This document shows, in pieces, positions 11,250-29,226 of a DNA stretch of 43,027 bases. The notes below the pieces were generated by a model. The model was given only the letters and a program-made list of their open reading frames with translations, had not been told where the DNA came from and did no database searches. The stretch's first letter is position 1, and each line of letters opens with the position of its first letter. The translations under genes were made by a program, and so were the position numbers. Location: positions 249,834 to 292,860 of the forward strand of contig NW_005201851.1 in assembly GCF_000372725.1 (NCBI RefSeq), given 5' to 3'. The DNA is from Emiliania huxleyi CCMP1516. Taxonomy: Eukaryota.

Positions 11250-12284
11250 GTAGGGGCGCCGGACGGGCCGCACGCTGCTGAGCGCTGCTGGCAGCCGCAG
11301 GCAGGAGGCCAGCCGCATAGAGCCGTATTCCATACACACACAGGTGCCCGGAGCTCGCATGGGGTTCGTTCGGAGTGTATGCACCGCTCCCTGCTTGTGT
11401 TAGATTTTTTGCAATACCAAGCAAGTCAAATGAGGAGTTGCGGGTGTGTGGTGAGGCTGCCGCGCGCCCGCATGCCCAGAGCCTCACGCAAGAACACATC
11501 ACCGAAGCTTCGGTCTTCTTTCTGGCGCGCCTGTCAGAGAAAATTCAAAAGCACGTTCAGTTACAAGAAGGATTTCCTCAGCACCCATGATTCCGGGCAA
11601 GAACGCCACGTAACCCATAATATTCCGGGTCTTGGTGAGCCTACTCTCGAGGCGTTGCGAATAGCGCCGCTGCGAGCAGTGCACTGTACTGCAAGCAGCA
11701 GCGCGCCAAAACGCCCCAATCCGCGCGCTGCATCAGGCCGTGCAAGGCGAGCAGCCGCCTCCACCGTTGACCGAGCAACCCGACGGCGGCAAGCAAATAT
11801 TGCGATCGGGGCGAATCGGATCGTAACATTTGGCGTGGAGAGGCGGTGCGAGGCGCGTGGAGGCGCGCGAGCGGCGGGAGAGCAATGCGCGGTGCGTCGG
11901 GTGGCATGGCGAAGGCGGCGATGGCGAGGAGGCGAGGAAATTCCGCAATGCACCGTGAGCGTCGATTTCTCGGGCCTTGTGCAGGATCTCGTGGCGAATC
12001 TCGTGTGTGCATGCGTGTTACGTTAGGCTATCAAAGTACCTGCGCTGCACCGCGGCGCGAACCCACGGGTCCACTGGCGGTCCCCTCATTATCATTCAGT
12101 ACAGCTCCGGTCAAAAAACACTCTGCCCGAACGCCGGCCTGGGGTGGTGTGGAGTCACCGGCGCGCTGCGTTAGTCATGGGGAGTCACTGACGCGTGGAG
12201 GCGGAGGGAATGTAGTAGGGTGGGGGGACCGGACACCGTCGGGTTGTTTCAAGCCACGCAGGACACGTGCCAGCGGCCGTTCAT

Positions 12285-12870
12285 GACCGTTACATGACGT
12301 TATAAAAGTTGAAATTACCGTTACAACCTCAATGACCGTTACGACCGTTACGACCGTTACATTGACTGATGTGGTGCCGTACCTGCCCGTGGTGCCGTGT
12401 TCGCCGGGTGGTGCCGGGCGGTGCCGGGGGATCCTGGAATTTCCCACATAAGTACTGATTGAAATTCGATGAATTTCACATACGTGCAAATTAATTCATT
12501 TGCGTCGTGCCGTGTTCGCCGTGTTCGCCGTGTTCGCCGTGTTCGCCGGGTGGTGCCGGGTGGTGCCGGGTGGTGCCGGGTGGTGCCGGGTGGTGCCGGG
12601 TGGTGCCGGGTGGTGCTGGGCGAAATCGGTGACCTGAGCTCAAAATCGCTCAAAATCGCTTCGCTTGACCCCGCTGCTCTATGCCTTGCGCGGCTTGAAC
12701 AAACCCCCGTTAGTAGGAGCGGTCCGGCGCGGCCCCGAGACCTCCACCGACCTTTCGCGGGTTGTTTTGCGCGGGAGAGAGGCCCGCCCGTAGCGTGTAC
12801 GTTAGCTGCCCTTTTCGCAACGCCGGCCGAAGGCAAGGCAACGCAAGGCAAGGCAAGGCAAGGCAAGGCA
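12285..12870. repeat. Mosaic of short tandem repeats (GACCGTTAC, CCGTGTTCG, GGTGGTGCCG, AAGGC), possible subterminal repeats of a non-autonomous element
   Basis: Direct reading at 12285-12360, 12510-12620 and 12830-12870. Confidence 0.6.
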
Positions 12871-13050
12871 GAAGACCCCGCACCCGGGATCCCGGGACCC
12901 TCAGGCGTGACGCGCTAGCTTTCTAACCATCCCTACAATTGTATCGTAAAGCCGTACTCAAGAGAGAGCAGCGCAAAGGAGGACCTTTGAGCTTTGTCCA
13001 TCACGTCAGTGTACTCGAAGTGTACGTGGCCAGTGCGTGCACCGAGCTGC

Positions 13051-14268
13051 TCACGGGACGCCGTTGCGATTGACCCAGATCTCGTTGAGACGCGACGGGC
13101 CAGAGTACGCGGCGTGATCAAAGCCCTGTGCGCGCAGCAGGCTGCGTATTTGCTCGTTGACGGACTCGATGAGGAAGACGGACACGTGGATGGCCCAATC
13201 CATGCCCTCGAGCACCGAGAGCTCGGCGCCCTCGACGTCGAGCGACCAGAAGTCAACGCGCGCCACGCCCATCGCCTTGAGCACGCGCCCAATCGGCACC
13301 GCGCGCACGCGATAGCTGTCGCCGCCCGCGCCGCCGATTACCTTGCCGCAGCATCCGTGCCCCGAGAAGCTGAGCGTCTGTGTGCTCGCGCCAAGCGCCG
13401 CCTCGAGACGCCATGCGAGCGGGCGGCGCGTGAAGAGGCCCGCAAAGTTGAGAGGCGACGCCTCGACCATCAGCCCGCGCCACCCGAGGTGACGCTCAAA
13501 GAAGAGCGAGTTCGAGCCGTCCGCGGCGCCGTTGAGCCCGCCGACCTCGATGAAGAATCTGTCGCGCTTCTGGGCAAAGTACGTGCGGTAAATGTGGTGC
13601 GCGTCTGCGAGAAAGTAGTGCTTGGCAAAGTCGGACTCGTACGCAGTGCGCTCGTGCGCGGGCGCGGACACATCGGGCGCGACCACGACGCTCGCGCTCG
13701 CGGCCGCGACGGGCGCGTACAGCAGCAGCGGCGCGTCTGGGTCCGCCTCGACAAGCACTTTTCGCAGGCTCAGCCGGCGCAGCCGCTGCTCGGCTTGCTG
13801 CAGGCGGCGCTGCGGCGCGGGTGCGAGTGTGCACTCCAGGGAGGAGCAGCTCAAAGCCTGCACGCCGCCCGCGTACACGCTCGCCTTTGGCTCACGCAGC
13901 AGCCGAGCCGTGCACACGACACTCGAGAGGTTTTGAGCTGCCAGGGCTGAGGCTGCACGGCGTGGCATGAAGAGGTCAGCGTCGCCAAACGAGAGCAGTG
14001 TTGAGTGGCCGTAGCCGCGCGCTTGGCAGTCGAGCCGAGATGCTGCGCAATTGACTGCGCTGCAGCGTGGCCACCGGGCACACAAGTCCACTGCCTGCTT
14101 TCTCGGAAATGAGCACTGGCCAGGTACTGGCGGAGGGTCCATGCACCCTCGCTGCTTGCCGCCGGTGAGACAGCGACCGACGCAGTCGGCCTTGTGTGCC
14201 GGTATGCACGCGACATCGGTGTCCTCGACAATCGAGGCGGAGAGCAGGAGCGTGTAGAGGGCCGACAT
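13051..14268 (-). CDS. FkbM-family methyltransferase with N-terminal signal/anchor and a Cys-rich domain
   Basis: MSALYTLLLSASIV leader; Cys-rich segment; FFIEVGGLNG..GSNSLFFERHLGWRGLMVEASP, VDFWSLDVEGAELSVL; single ORF. Confidence 0.85.
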   Translation of the reverse strand: MSALYTLLLSASIVEDTDVACIPAHKADCVGRCLTGGKQRGCMDPPPVPGQCSFPRKQAVDLCARWPRCSAVNCAASRLDCQARGYGHSTLLSFGDADLFMPRRAASALAAQNLSSVVCTARLLREPKASVYAGGVQALSCSSLECTLAPAPQRRLQQAEQRLRRLSLRKVLVEADPDAPLLLYAPVAAASASVVVAPDVSAPAHERTAYESDFAKHYFLADAHHIYRTYFAQKRDRFFIEVGGLNGAADGSNSLFFERHLGWRGLMVEASPLNFAGLFTRRPLAWRLEAALGASTQTLSFSGHGCCGKVIGGAGGDSYRVRAVPIGRVLKAMGVARVDFWSLDVEGAELSVLEGMDWAIHVSVFLIESVNEQIRSLLRAQGFDHAAYSGPSRLNEIWVNRNGVP

Positions 14269-14729
14269 GTGCGCACCAACCAGCGCCGTCGCGCGCGCGC
14301 GCGAGAGAGAGAGACAGATACACACAGAGCGCCGACCGAGCCGCCGACGAGATCAGAATTTATTTCTCCCTGGCCTCTGCCAGGGGCCCCTCCACTCGCC
14401 TGCACCTGCTCGAACCCTGAGCACTGTGCAGCGTTGCACGCGTTGCATGAATGCACGTTGAGTTGTACGAAGGTGGTAGTAATTATTGTCTTGAGTATTG
14501 CGCGTCTCTCGACCGAGAGCGCTAGCCTCTACCCCTTCGGTCCGTCGAATCTCGGCGCGGCAGATGCGACGCCGAGACTGACAAAACCTCCCTGGTGGTG
14601 GGCTGCTGAGCCTCCCCCACACACGAGAACACCACAGGGACACCCGTGACACCCTAGACAACAGAGGGAGAGAGAGAGAGAGAGAGAGAGTCCGACGGAG
14701 GAAAGTGGCGGCTACCCCGTACGCGAAAA

Positions 14730-14994
14730 CTTTTTCTTTTTCGCGATGCATGTCAGACGCTGTCACGCCGACTGCTGCTCGTCGTCGTCGTTGAGACGGA
14801 CGAGGGAAGATGGCAAGACCTCCCGCGCTCGCTTCCTCGTGTCGCTCGACGCCTACATCACGCCGCCCGGCTGTCACGACCGCGGCCGGCGCGACGGCTC
14901 AGTGCGACTCGTCGTCTTCAAACGGGCGAGGACCGGATCCACCTGGCTTCGCAAGGAGCTTCAGTCCGTGCCCTTCGTCCAGCTCGAGTTCGAA
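14730..14994 (+). pseudogene. Truncated, frameshifted duplicate of the 5' end of the sulfotransferase gene
   Basis: Matches 16443-16694 (cgcttcctcgtgtcgctcgac...cagctcgagttcga); 2 extra bases shortly after ATG 14810; breaks off into satellite-like sequence at ~14995. Confidence 0.8.
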
Positions 14995-16370
14995 CTCCCA
15001 ACTCCCATCCCCATGCGCCTCAGTCAGACCTCGGTGTGGTGGAGCCCGGTTGGTTGCTGCCTATGAGATGGAAAATTGTGGGACATCGAGAGTGCGTGCT
15101 TTACAGCCTCCTACTCTGTGTGTTTTAATTACAATTCTCTCGTAACCCTCAGTCTGTAGTGAGACTTTGGTGGCCCTGTAAGAGTGAGTTGATCGAAAAA
15201 TCATCGTCTGTAGTACCCCGTCAGTCATTATGAACCATTACTACTCATCCGCGGTTGGATGTTGCCACCTATTGAGAGATATGGAAGATAGTATCGAAAG
15301 ATTTGTGCTTGAGTGCTCCACCTAAGGACCTTTCCTCTCCGACCGCCCCGGCTAGTTTCCGAGGTCGCTCGACGCAGATTTCTTCTTTCATTTGCCAAGT
15401 GCCCGGCCCGCTGGGTTTGACGTGAGGAGGCGAATGAAGATACAACTTACTACGAACATCAAGGAGGACAACTTACCACGTACATCCTACCGAGTGAGGA
15501 GCACCTTCCCTGTGAATGCATAACATCAACACTGTGAATGCATAACATCAATCAATGACGTCATTATGAATCATTACTACGATCATCTTCAGCTCCAAAA
15601 GTGCACCTCATGCTTGCTTGCTTGGGATTTGGCGAGTCAGAGCCGTCTCTCGACAGCCACGCTCGCGGAATCGTACAGACGGAGCTCATCCTCACGATGC
15701 GGCGCACGTGCTGTGTTCATGAGGACCTCTCGAGTGAGGACCTCAGATCTGTTCGGTGAGGACCTCAGTCTGTGTGAGGACCTCTTCTCACTCACACCGT
15801 TGTGAGCTGCCCCGACCTCCAGCCACTATTGGTGCAACACTATTGCAATACAGACAGTGTGCTCAGCCCGCGTCTGAGGGTAGGCCCAGGGTAGACGTGG
15901 CTCCTTCCCTCCTTCACTCCCGTGTGCGCCTCGGTCAGACCTCGGCGTGTGCAGCGCGGTGCTGTGCCTCTTGAGAGATATGGAATGATGTGTATGGACA
16001 TTATCGAAATGTTTGTGCAAGAGCTGGGCTTCTTACGCATGGGATCTTCTGTCAGCTAAACTTGGAGGAGTGCGGTCATTACAACACGAAGACTTCTTTT
16101 TTCGCGATGCGGGGCACGCGATGTGTTCACGAGGACCTCTCGTTCTGTTCCGTGAGGACCTCTCCGCGAGGACCTCTTGTCACTCCCCACTGTGTGGGCT
16201 GCCCCGACCTCCAGCCACTACAGACAGTGCTCAGACCGAGGGTAGGCCGACGGTAGACGCGTGGCTCCTCTCCCTCCTGCTCCTCCACTCTCCCATCCCG
16301 CATGCGCCTTGCTTGGTCAGACCTCGGAGCAGCGGTTGCATGAGAGAGACGATATATGTATAACATATCG
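14995..16370. repeat. Diverged ~400-bp satellite-like units (GAGGACCTC clusters, gctgccccgacctccagccacta, gtcagacctcgg)
   Basis: Fuller copies at ~15690-16010 and ~16100-16370; partial copies at 14995-15070 and 15250-15300. Confidence 0.65.
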
Positions 16371-16512
16371 AAACTATTGTGCATCTGGGAAAGCGACGAT
16401 CGTCGTGTACATGCACATCCTTTCTTTTTTCTTTCACGCGCGAAATTCTTTTTCGCGATGCATGTCAGACGCTGTCACGCGTTTGCTCGTTGAGACCGGA
16501 CTTCGAGCGAAG

Positions 16513-21692
<5,180 letters not shown>

Positions 21693-22010
21693 CATACGCC
21701 ATCGTCCGGCTGACGGCTTTAGATCTAGATGTCTGTCTGTCTGTCTGTCTGATCGGACCTCTTTCTTTGGAATTGGATTTGAGGTGCGCGTTGCGGGATG
21801 CGGCCGAAAAAGCGAAAGACCCCCATGTCCATGTGCAGCCACACAGCACACACACTCGGCACTGGCACACAGAATCCCAACAACGCGACAAAAAGCGTAC
21901 CGCCGTTGGTTGACTTCCGGCCGCCCCACCCCCCGGTACTGCGCATGCTCGAGCCCCGGCGAGGGCTTGTGCTGTGAATGCAGGCGTGGTCTGTACTCGC
22001 CAGGGCTTTA

Positions 22011-22121
22011 AGAATTTAAACAAAACAACTCTCTCTCACAGGACACAGGCTCGACACAGGTGCGAACTGGCGCGTGCTAGTACTATCACCGGCACACCAC
22101 CGGAGCCGCCTAAGCGACTCC
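22011..22121 (-). repeat. Third copy of the hairpin element seen at 583-800
   Basis: ggagccgcctaagcgactcc is the reverse complement of the hairpin; alignable over ~100 nt. Confidence 0.7.
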
Positions 22122-22360
22122 ATTAAGAACGGCAGTGCACTCCGCACCATGCACAATGCCGTATAGGCTACAGCGGTACTGGCTACCGGGACCGCCGCAA
22201 ACCAGTTTTGTCACACACTGTAGCGTGGAGGACTGATCTTAAGACTGATTGAACGAGACGGTGGCTCAGAGCGTTTGCTGTACGGTAGTGGCCAGCCAAT
22301 CTCCAAGGCGCAACGCCAACGGGTCAGAAGGAGTATCGTATGTTGTAAGTTGTATGCTCA

Positions 22361-22550
22361 GGTAAGGTAAGGTAAGGTAAACGTCTCCACACACACAAAG
22401 TGGTGGGGCAAGGGGGGGCGACCCTCGCATCTCCACGCCCGGGACACGGGCAGGAGCCCCACGGCATTCAAAGTGCAAGCACCGGCCCGGTGCCGTGGGT
22501 GAGCAACCTGCACCCCACTCCCTCCCTCCCAGACACAACCCGCACACAAC
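22361..22550 (-). mobile_element. SINE-like element or LINE 3' end with (TTACC)n tail
   Basis: Near-identical to 32326-32520; ends on the minus strand in ttaccttaccttaccttacc. Confidence 0.75.
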
Positions 22551-23329
22551 CCCCACAGCGTGGTCGACTGCGTGTTCAATCAACTCAGTAGGCTTTGTTT
22601 GTACAAAATCTCACTCAGCCTGCCCGCTGCCGTCTGGCGTGTTTTTTCACGTTGGTAACAAACTATCTTCGTGCGCAAGGCGTGATGTGGTAACGACTAA
22701 CGTCTTATTCACACCCAAGCAAGACAAAAGGCCTCAAAGTGTTCACTCATTTGACACCACCGCACCGCATCCCGCACCCGCGCGCCCCCCCCCGCCCCTC
22801 GCCTGGGTTCGTGGGTTGGAAGGAGATGGGTAGATGGAACAGCCCGAGGAAAGGAGCGAGACAAACACGTATGTATGGGAGGTTGAAGTTGTGCACCACG
22901 CTGCCCGGCGTTTCTCACTTTCCGGGACAGCCCCGCCCTTGTGAGGCAGGAAAGTGGCGGCTACCCCGTACGCGCTGCTTGCTACACCCCCCTCGCCGAC
23001 CGTCCAGACTCCCCCTCCCCTTCTCCAACCCCGACGAGCCGACGAGTGGTTGAGCCTCTGACCTTGCGCGCCCCCGTCCCCCGCCACCCCGCACTGACAC
23101 ACACCCGACCCGACACGCACACAAGACAAACCGGCGTTCTGCTCTCAAAAGAAAAGAAAAAATGCGAAGGAGGAGACCAGCGGGGGAGACTCCCCGCCTA
23201 TGCAACACCCCACAGAGGGGCTGCCATCGCCGACGCTGTGCCTAAGCATAACTCCCAAACCCGCAGCGGCCCGGGGGGCCTTGGGGGCAGCCTGCCGGAC
23301 CGCTGTTGCACGGGGCTAAGCACCAGAAG

Positions 23330-23720
23330 ATGAATGTGGTTGATGGATTGGTCGAGTGCACTTGCAGGAAGCGCTTGCGCTCACCGCTGATCCGCCATCG
23401 TTCGCTATCGGAGGATGCCCGAGCAAACTTGGCGGCGAAGTTGGTGTTGAACCACGTCGCTGCCTCGTGCCGATGCCGCCGCGCGTGCTCGCCGCCCATG
23501 TCATGAAGTCGAAGTTGTTGGCCTCGCACGCCGCGGCTTTAGCCCTCCTTTTCGTCGCCTCGGCATAGTCGGTGGCGAGGTGCGTGCCGCGCGCTAGCGG
23601 GCGCAGCATGCCGAAGTGTACCGAGGTGACACACGTGCCATCGTACACCACGGGACGTGGAGACCCCGTCCAGTTGCCGAAGACGCCATCGCCCCGCTGG
23701 TACGGGTCTCCGGATCGTGT
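23330..23720 (-). mobile_element. Frameshifted C-terminal restriction-like endonuclease (RLE) domain of a CRE/NeSL-type non-LTR retrotransposon
   Basis: QRGDGVF..RPVVYDGTCVTS..ATDYAEATKRR..FDFMTWAASTRGGIG, continuing in another frame as EAATWF; fits the PD..D..E..K..G pattern of RLE LINEs. Confidence 0.6.
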
Positions 23721-24256
23721 GCCCGCTTCGGGTCTTTGCAGGCTCACAAGACACACAGCCAGCTGGCTGCCACACACCCTCAGTTGGCGTACACATAACT
23801 CAAGGCCACATGCTCCCTGTCGCCCCCCCCAGCACTCCAAGGTGCCAAGAGTACAAACAAGGGCACAACGAACAACAGACAACAGGAAGTAACATGCGAG
23901 GCTAGAGCAGGCTTGCTCCACCTCTAGCAATCTCGCCGGCCGGCGAGGCACGGTCGAGACCGTGTGTGGGGTCTTGTGAGGTGTCTATGGACGCCCTCCT
24001 CACAGGCTAGCTGCCTACTGCTACGTAGCCCTATCTCGCACTCATGGGAGATGTCAATTCATTGCCTGGCGTTTTGTGCCCCGTTTATGCCGCGTCCCGT
24101 GCCCGAGTTCATTTTAACTAACGTCGAGAACCACTCCGGCGTAGAGCAATGCATCCAGGGCATTGTGTTGGGCGCCAGCCAGCATGCCTCAGCACAGAGC
24201 AAGAGGGCATGCTTCGCACCCTGGCGCAGCACCAACTCGCCCCCAATCAGGCACTC

Positions 24257-25462
24257 TCACCACCGCTCGAGTATGGGGGTGATCTTTGCCGAGAATATTT
24301 TATAGAAGGCGTTTGGGATCAGGTCGGGGCCTGGTGATTTACCCGTGGGTAGCATATCGCATGTGTCCTGAATCTCTCCTGCGGAGATCGGCGCGCCACA
24401 CTTGGCGGCGGTGGTCGGGAGAACTCTGTTGCCGCTCTCGAGGGTGGCGAGCGGTCGCTCCGGGTTGATGGATGGCTTCTGGGCGTATAGGGAGGAGTAG
24501 AAGGGGGTGAGCGCCGCTGATATCTTGGAGGGGTCCGTGGCTGTCGTCCCTGTCTTCTTTGGGTTCGAGGGGTCGGTCCAGTCGGCGTGAAAGATTTCGT
24601 TTATCCAGTGGTTGGACCCTTTCGGGGTGTACGGTCTGTAGAAGGCTGCTGATCCTGTGTCGTGCGCTGCTCCTTGTTTGAGTGAAAACTCCTCTGACGC
24701 AAAATATGGGGTCAGCTCCTCGCGGGTGATCCTTCTCTGCTCCTCTCGCGCCTCTAGGTATTCTGTGACATCGTCTGGCAAGGCTTGTCCTTGGTCGATG
24801 AGTGCTTTGAGGGTGGAGATTTTTAGTTTAATCTGTCTCTGCTCGGCTGACTCTGTCCGCTTCATTCTCTTGGTTCGGACTAGCGAGAGAGCGACTATTT
24901 CTTTCTTTGTCTGCGCCCATATTTCTGAGTGTTGCCCTGGCGCGTTCTCCTGATCATGCTCGCACCTCGCTAGAATTTCTGCTATGTCGGAATTGTTTTT
25001 GGGGTCGTCGTAAATCCGCTCGTCTATTCTTGGAAGGTCGTGTCCTCTTTCTCCCTTCGACTCGGTGGTGACTATTGACGCCGGCTCGTGGTCTAGGATT
25101 TTTGCGTCTCTCCTTCGGGCGAAGAAGTCGTGGACTCCTGGTTCGTGAACAGCTGAGAGGCCGTCGAGTGTCGGGAGGTATATCTGGTCGATGCGGGTCG
25201 ATGTTGTGCTTTTGGTTCCATCTCGGAGGGTGATGTTATGATGCGAGGTGTAGAAGGGGGCGGGTCCGAGCCATTCTCTCGCGACGTCGACTAGTCCGAA
25301 GTGCGTCATCACATCGGCAAGCTCATTTGCCCCTCTGTTGTCGTATGGCGAGGCGGCGTCTGACCTCACGTCCAGCTGGACATCTGGGACGCAGTTGGCA
25401 TCGATTCCGAGGACGGTCTGTTTGGTGAGGAAACGTCTCAGCTCTTTTTTGAAACTGCTCAA
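24257..25462 (-). mobile_element. L1/Tx1-type LINE ORF2 fragment (end of APE endonuclease, linker, start of RT)
   Basis: GIDANCV (GDFN-like), RIDQIYL, LDHEP (SDH-like), FYSSLY, KSPGPDLIPNAFYK; truncated at both ends; lower GC than host genes. Confidence 0.85.
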
Positions 25463-26722
25463 CGCTCAAGCTCAGGAGCCTCCCCTTGTTGTCACAGCTT
25501 TGTGCAGTGCAGCGTGCGAGCGAGCAGTGCAGCGCCAGCCAGGCCGACCCGTGGCACGCCCGGGCGGCTGTGGGACGGAGGCCCGCCGAGCGAGTGCGAG
25601 CCGCATCGGCGGCCATGTCTCCCGCCGCCGCGAGCGAGCGGCGCAAAGAGGCAACAGAGAGATAGATAGGAAGGCAACTTCGCGGATGCTATTTCGCCGG
25701 CGGTGATTTTTTTCAGCTCTCGCCACCAACGAGAACCGCGACTTGCTGCAGGGCCTCGAAGTACTCTCTTGCTATAGTTAGACCCCGAAGTGAATTCTTT
25801 TCCCGCGGTTCGCCACCATCCGGTAGCCACCACTCGAACCGCTGTCGCCGTCCTGGTTTTGAACGTGGCAGCTAGTCGAGGGACTCGGTAGTCGTGACCG
25901 CCCCCTGAGTGTGAGGAGCAGGAGAGAGAGAGCTTTGTGGTGTTGGTGTACGCAATAACGGGACAGGGTGGTTGTTCTCTCCATCTCCCCTTCTAGCTCT
26001 TAGCATGAGCTGCGCCCTGTGTCCGACCCCTTTTGCGCAGCAACACCTTAAACTTTCAGGCCCTCCAAATTCGGGTCGGAGCGTAGCGGAGTGGGCCCCG
26101 AGTTTGAAAAGGGCGACGGACGCTTGAGTCCTAGCCTCCAACAACGCCTCCCCGGCGCAGAGGGGCCCCCGGAGGGATGCACAACCGCTCCACGCCACGC
26201 CGCTTGCGGCGGTCCTCTTCCCAGCTCCCCTGAGGGCCCACACTTGGAGCACTTGGAGCACTTGGAGCACTTGGAGCACTTGGAGTGCAGTTGGCAGCCT
26301 CACATCCAGGGCCGGGGAGCTCAGAAGCGCACCCAGCGGGCCGGATGATCGGGATCGGGTTGCGGGCAAGAGAGCCCTAGCCCCGGGGGTGCGCGTTCGC
26401 AGGGAAAGGGCCTTAAAGTAAACCAACCCTTTTCCTGGCTCACAAGCTAAAGATGTTCACGGGCCCCCCCACAGGGAGGAAAGTAAACACGGGTCTCCGA
26501 GGGTTAGTTCCGTGTACCGGGTTTCCCCTTAACTGCAGAACGCCCCCTCTACTCGGAGCTAACGGACACAACACTGTACTCCACGCACGTACACGGATAC
26601 GCCTCATGTGCGCCCGCCCGACTCCGGTCCCAGAGTCCCTTCCTTCGCCGCTTTCTTGCCATTTTTTTCAGCCCCTTCACCAACGAGAACCGCGACTTGC
26701 AGGGCCCGGCCCAAAACAGTGG

Positions 26723-28185
26723 ATGCTCCTTCTGCTGTTCGCCACCGTGGACGCCCTCACGCCAGCTGCGTCCAGGAGAGCCGCTGTTGGCGCCGCCGTC
26801 GCCGCCGCCACGCAGCGCTGCCTGCCGCCTCGCCGTGCGATTGCCGCGCCAGCGACCGACGGCTCAACCCGCGGCGGCGCCTCCGTGGTCGGCAAGGTTG
26901 GTCCCGACGGCCAGATCGTCCTCGACGAGGAGCGGCGCCCGACGATCGACGTGCTCGCCTCGCCTCCCGCCATCACGTCGCGCTGCTTCCTCGACGTGAG
27001 CATCGGCGGCCGGCCTGCGGGCAAGATCGTGATCGAGCTGTGGGGCGAGGTGGCGCCGCGCGCGGTGGAGAACTTTCGCGCGCTCTGCACCGGTGAGAAG
27101 GGCTACGGGTGCGCCACAGCTGCCTCTCTCCCCGCCCACACACCCGCTCGTGGCGCGCGACGGCGTCGGCTTCACGGGCGCCGCTTCACGTCTCTTCACG
27201 GCTGCGGCTGTGAATCAGGTACGCTGGCTCCTCCTTCTACACCGTCCTGTCCGGGCTGACGGTCCAGGGCGGGCAGATCGCCGGAGGACCGTACAGCGGC
27301 GCCTCGCGGACGGACACCACCCCGCCGCACCTCGGCTGTATCTCGGCTGTATCTCGGCTGTATCTCGTGGGGTCTAGGCAGCGGTCCGAGCTACGCGGGG
27401 CCGACCTTCGCGCACGACAACTACGCGATCCGGCGCGGGACGCTTTCGACTCACCTCCGAGACAGCTGCGACACCTCCGAGACAGCTGCGACACTTCCGA
27501 GACACTTCCGAGACTGCTGCCGAGCGACATGGCTTCCCACATTCCGACACGGCGAGAGCTTGTGGCTCACGAATCCCCGCGGCACCCGCTGCCCGCCAGG
27601 CACAACACGGCGGGTCTCGTCAGCATGGTCAACAGCGGCAAGGGCGGCGGCTCGGGGCAGAGCGACAGCCGCTTCCTGATCCAGCTCGTCGGCGAGATGC
27701 AGCCGAGATGCAGCCGAGATACCCACGAGGCAGCCGAGAGGCAGCCGAGATCCGTCGGTTTGGTCACCGCTGGCTCCCAGGCACCTTCGTGGGCTCTTCC
27801 TAGACCAACCACTTTCTTCTTTTGGGCAGGCGACGCCGGCTTCCTGGACGGGCGGTACGAGGCGTTCGGGCGGGTGGCGGAGGGGATGGAGGTGCGCGCG
27901 AGATGCGGACGAGATTCGGCCGTGATGGCACACGAGAAGCGGCCGAGAGACAGCCGTGATATAGCCGTGATGCGCAGCCGATGCGGCTGGCCGAGATGCG
28001 GCGCTGGCCGAGATGCGGCGCTAGTCGGTGCGTGCGGGCGGCAAGGCGCTGTCCCATATCTCGGCCGTATCTCCCGCCAGGTGGTGCGGAAGCTCGAGGC
28101 GGTGCCGGTCTCGGGCACAAAGAACCGGCCGCTCGAGCCGTGCAGCATAGACGCCGCCGGCGAGCTGCCGCGGGCGGCAAGCTAG
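26723..28185 (+). CDS. Multi-exon cyclophilin-type PPIase-like protein, probably plastid thylakoid lumen (signal peptide plus SRR Tat motif)
   Basis: [105 protein letters not shown]. Confidence 0.9.
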
Positions 28186-28514
28186 AGGGTGATGTAGCGC
28201 ACGCGCCCACGGTCCCGACGCGCGGGTGGCTCTGTGGCTGAACCGCGCGCGTCCCCGCTGTCGCCTCTTATACTCTCCAGTGCGCTCGCTCGGTGCGTCT
28301 GGGAAAGGGAAAACGTTTGAAACACGCCGCACCTCTATACGTGTGTGTACACAGTATCCGCGAAAGATCTCAATGTCTCTTTAAACGGCCGCGGGTCCCG
28401 GGTCGCGGCGCGTTGCCGTTGGCGGTCGGGCCACACACACGCCAACGTCGTCGTCGTACGACCACCGTGTCCCCCACCGAGCGACGGGCTGCGGCAAGCG
28501 CGTGCAGTATTCTA

Positions 28515-29183
28515 TCAGCCCAGCCCGAGCGGGTCCCGTGCCGCCCGCGCCGCCCGCGTGCGCTGCCGCTTGGCGTTGGAGCGATGCGTGCGCCACTCGG
28601 CGCTGCCGGCGTGCGCGTTGCAGTGCGCCGGCACCCTCGGCTCGCCGCCCCGCCAGTGGCGGCACGCGGACACGGGCGCGTCGCACGCGAAGCAGTAGCA
28701 GTTGGGGCAGGCCGCCTCGTTGCCTTCGACCGGCGCCGCGACCGGCCTCTCGGCCGCATGGAAGGGGTGGAGAGGGCAGAGCGCCCGCTGGTGCGGCAGG
28801 TGCTCGGGCAGCAGGCCTGTGCGGCGCAGGCAAGGGAGGCAGTGAGAGTGCATCTGACAGTAGTCATGACGGGGGTGGCTTGGGAGCGCCTGATGCGGCG
28901 GAGATCTGCACGTCGCCGCCTGCGAGCGAAAGAGCGGCGGCGGCGGAGATTTGAAGCGGCGGCGCCACCTCCTCCACCTCGTCCTCGCTCATCGCCTCCG
29001 CCTCCTCCTCCTCCTCCTCCGCCTCCGACTCCTCCTGCTCCACATCCACTTCCACCTCATCGTCCTCTCCCTCCCCCGCCGCCTCGCGTTGAACGCTCGC
29101 GTCGGGCGCCGAAGGCGCGGCGTCGCTCGAGGAGGATGGCTGCGCGCTGTCATCGCTGCCGCCGCCACGGCCACCGCCACCGT

Positions 29184-29226
<43 letters not shown>

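Noticed and set aside
12994..13950. 318-aa ORF on the plus strand
   Set aside because: Antisense shadow of the FkbM gene in GC-rich DNA; no motifs.
14699..14725. LTR primer-binding site (TGGCGGCTACCCC)
   Set aside because: The complement lacks a recognisable tRNA T-arm, and no LTR (TG..CA) or gag/pol is adjacent.
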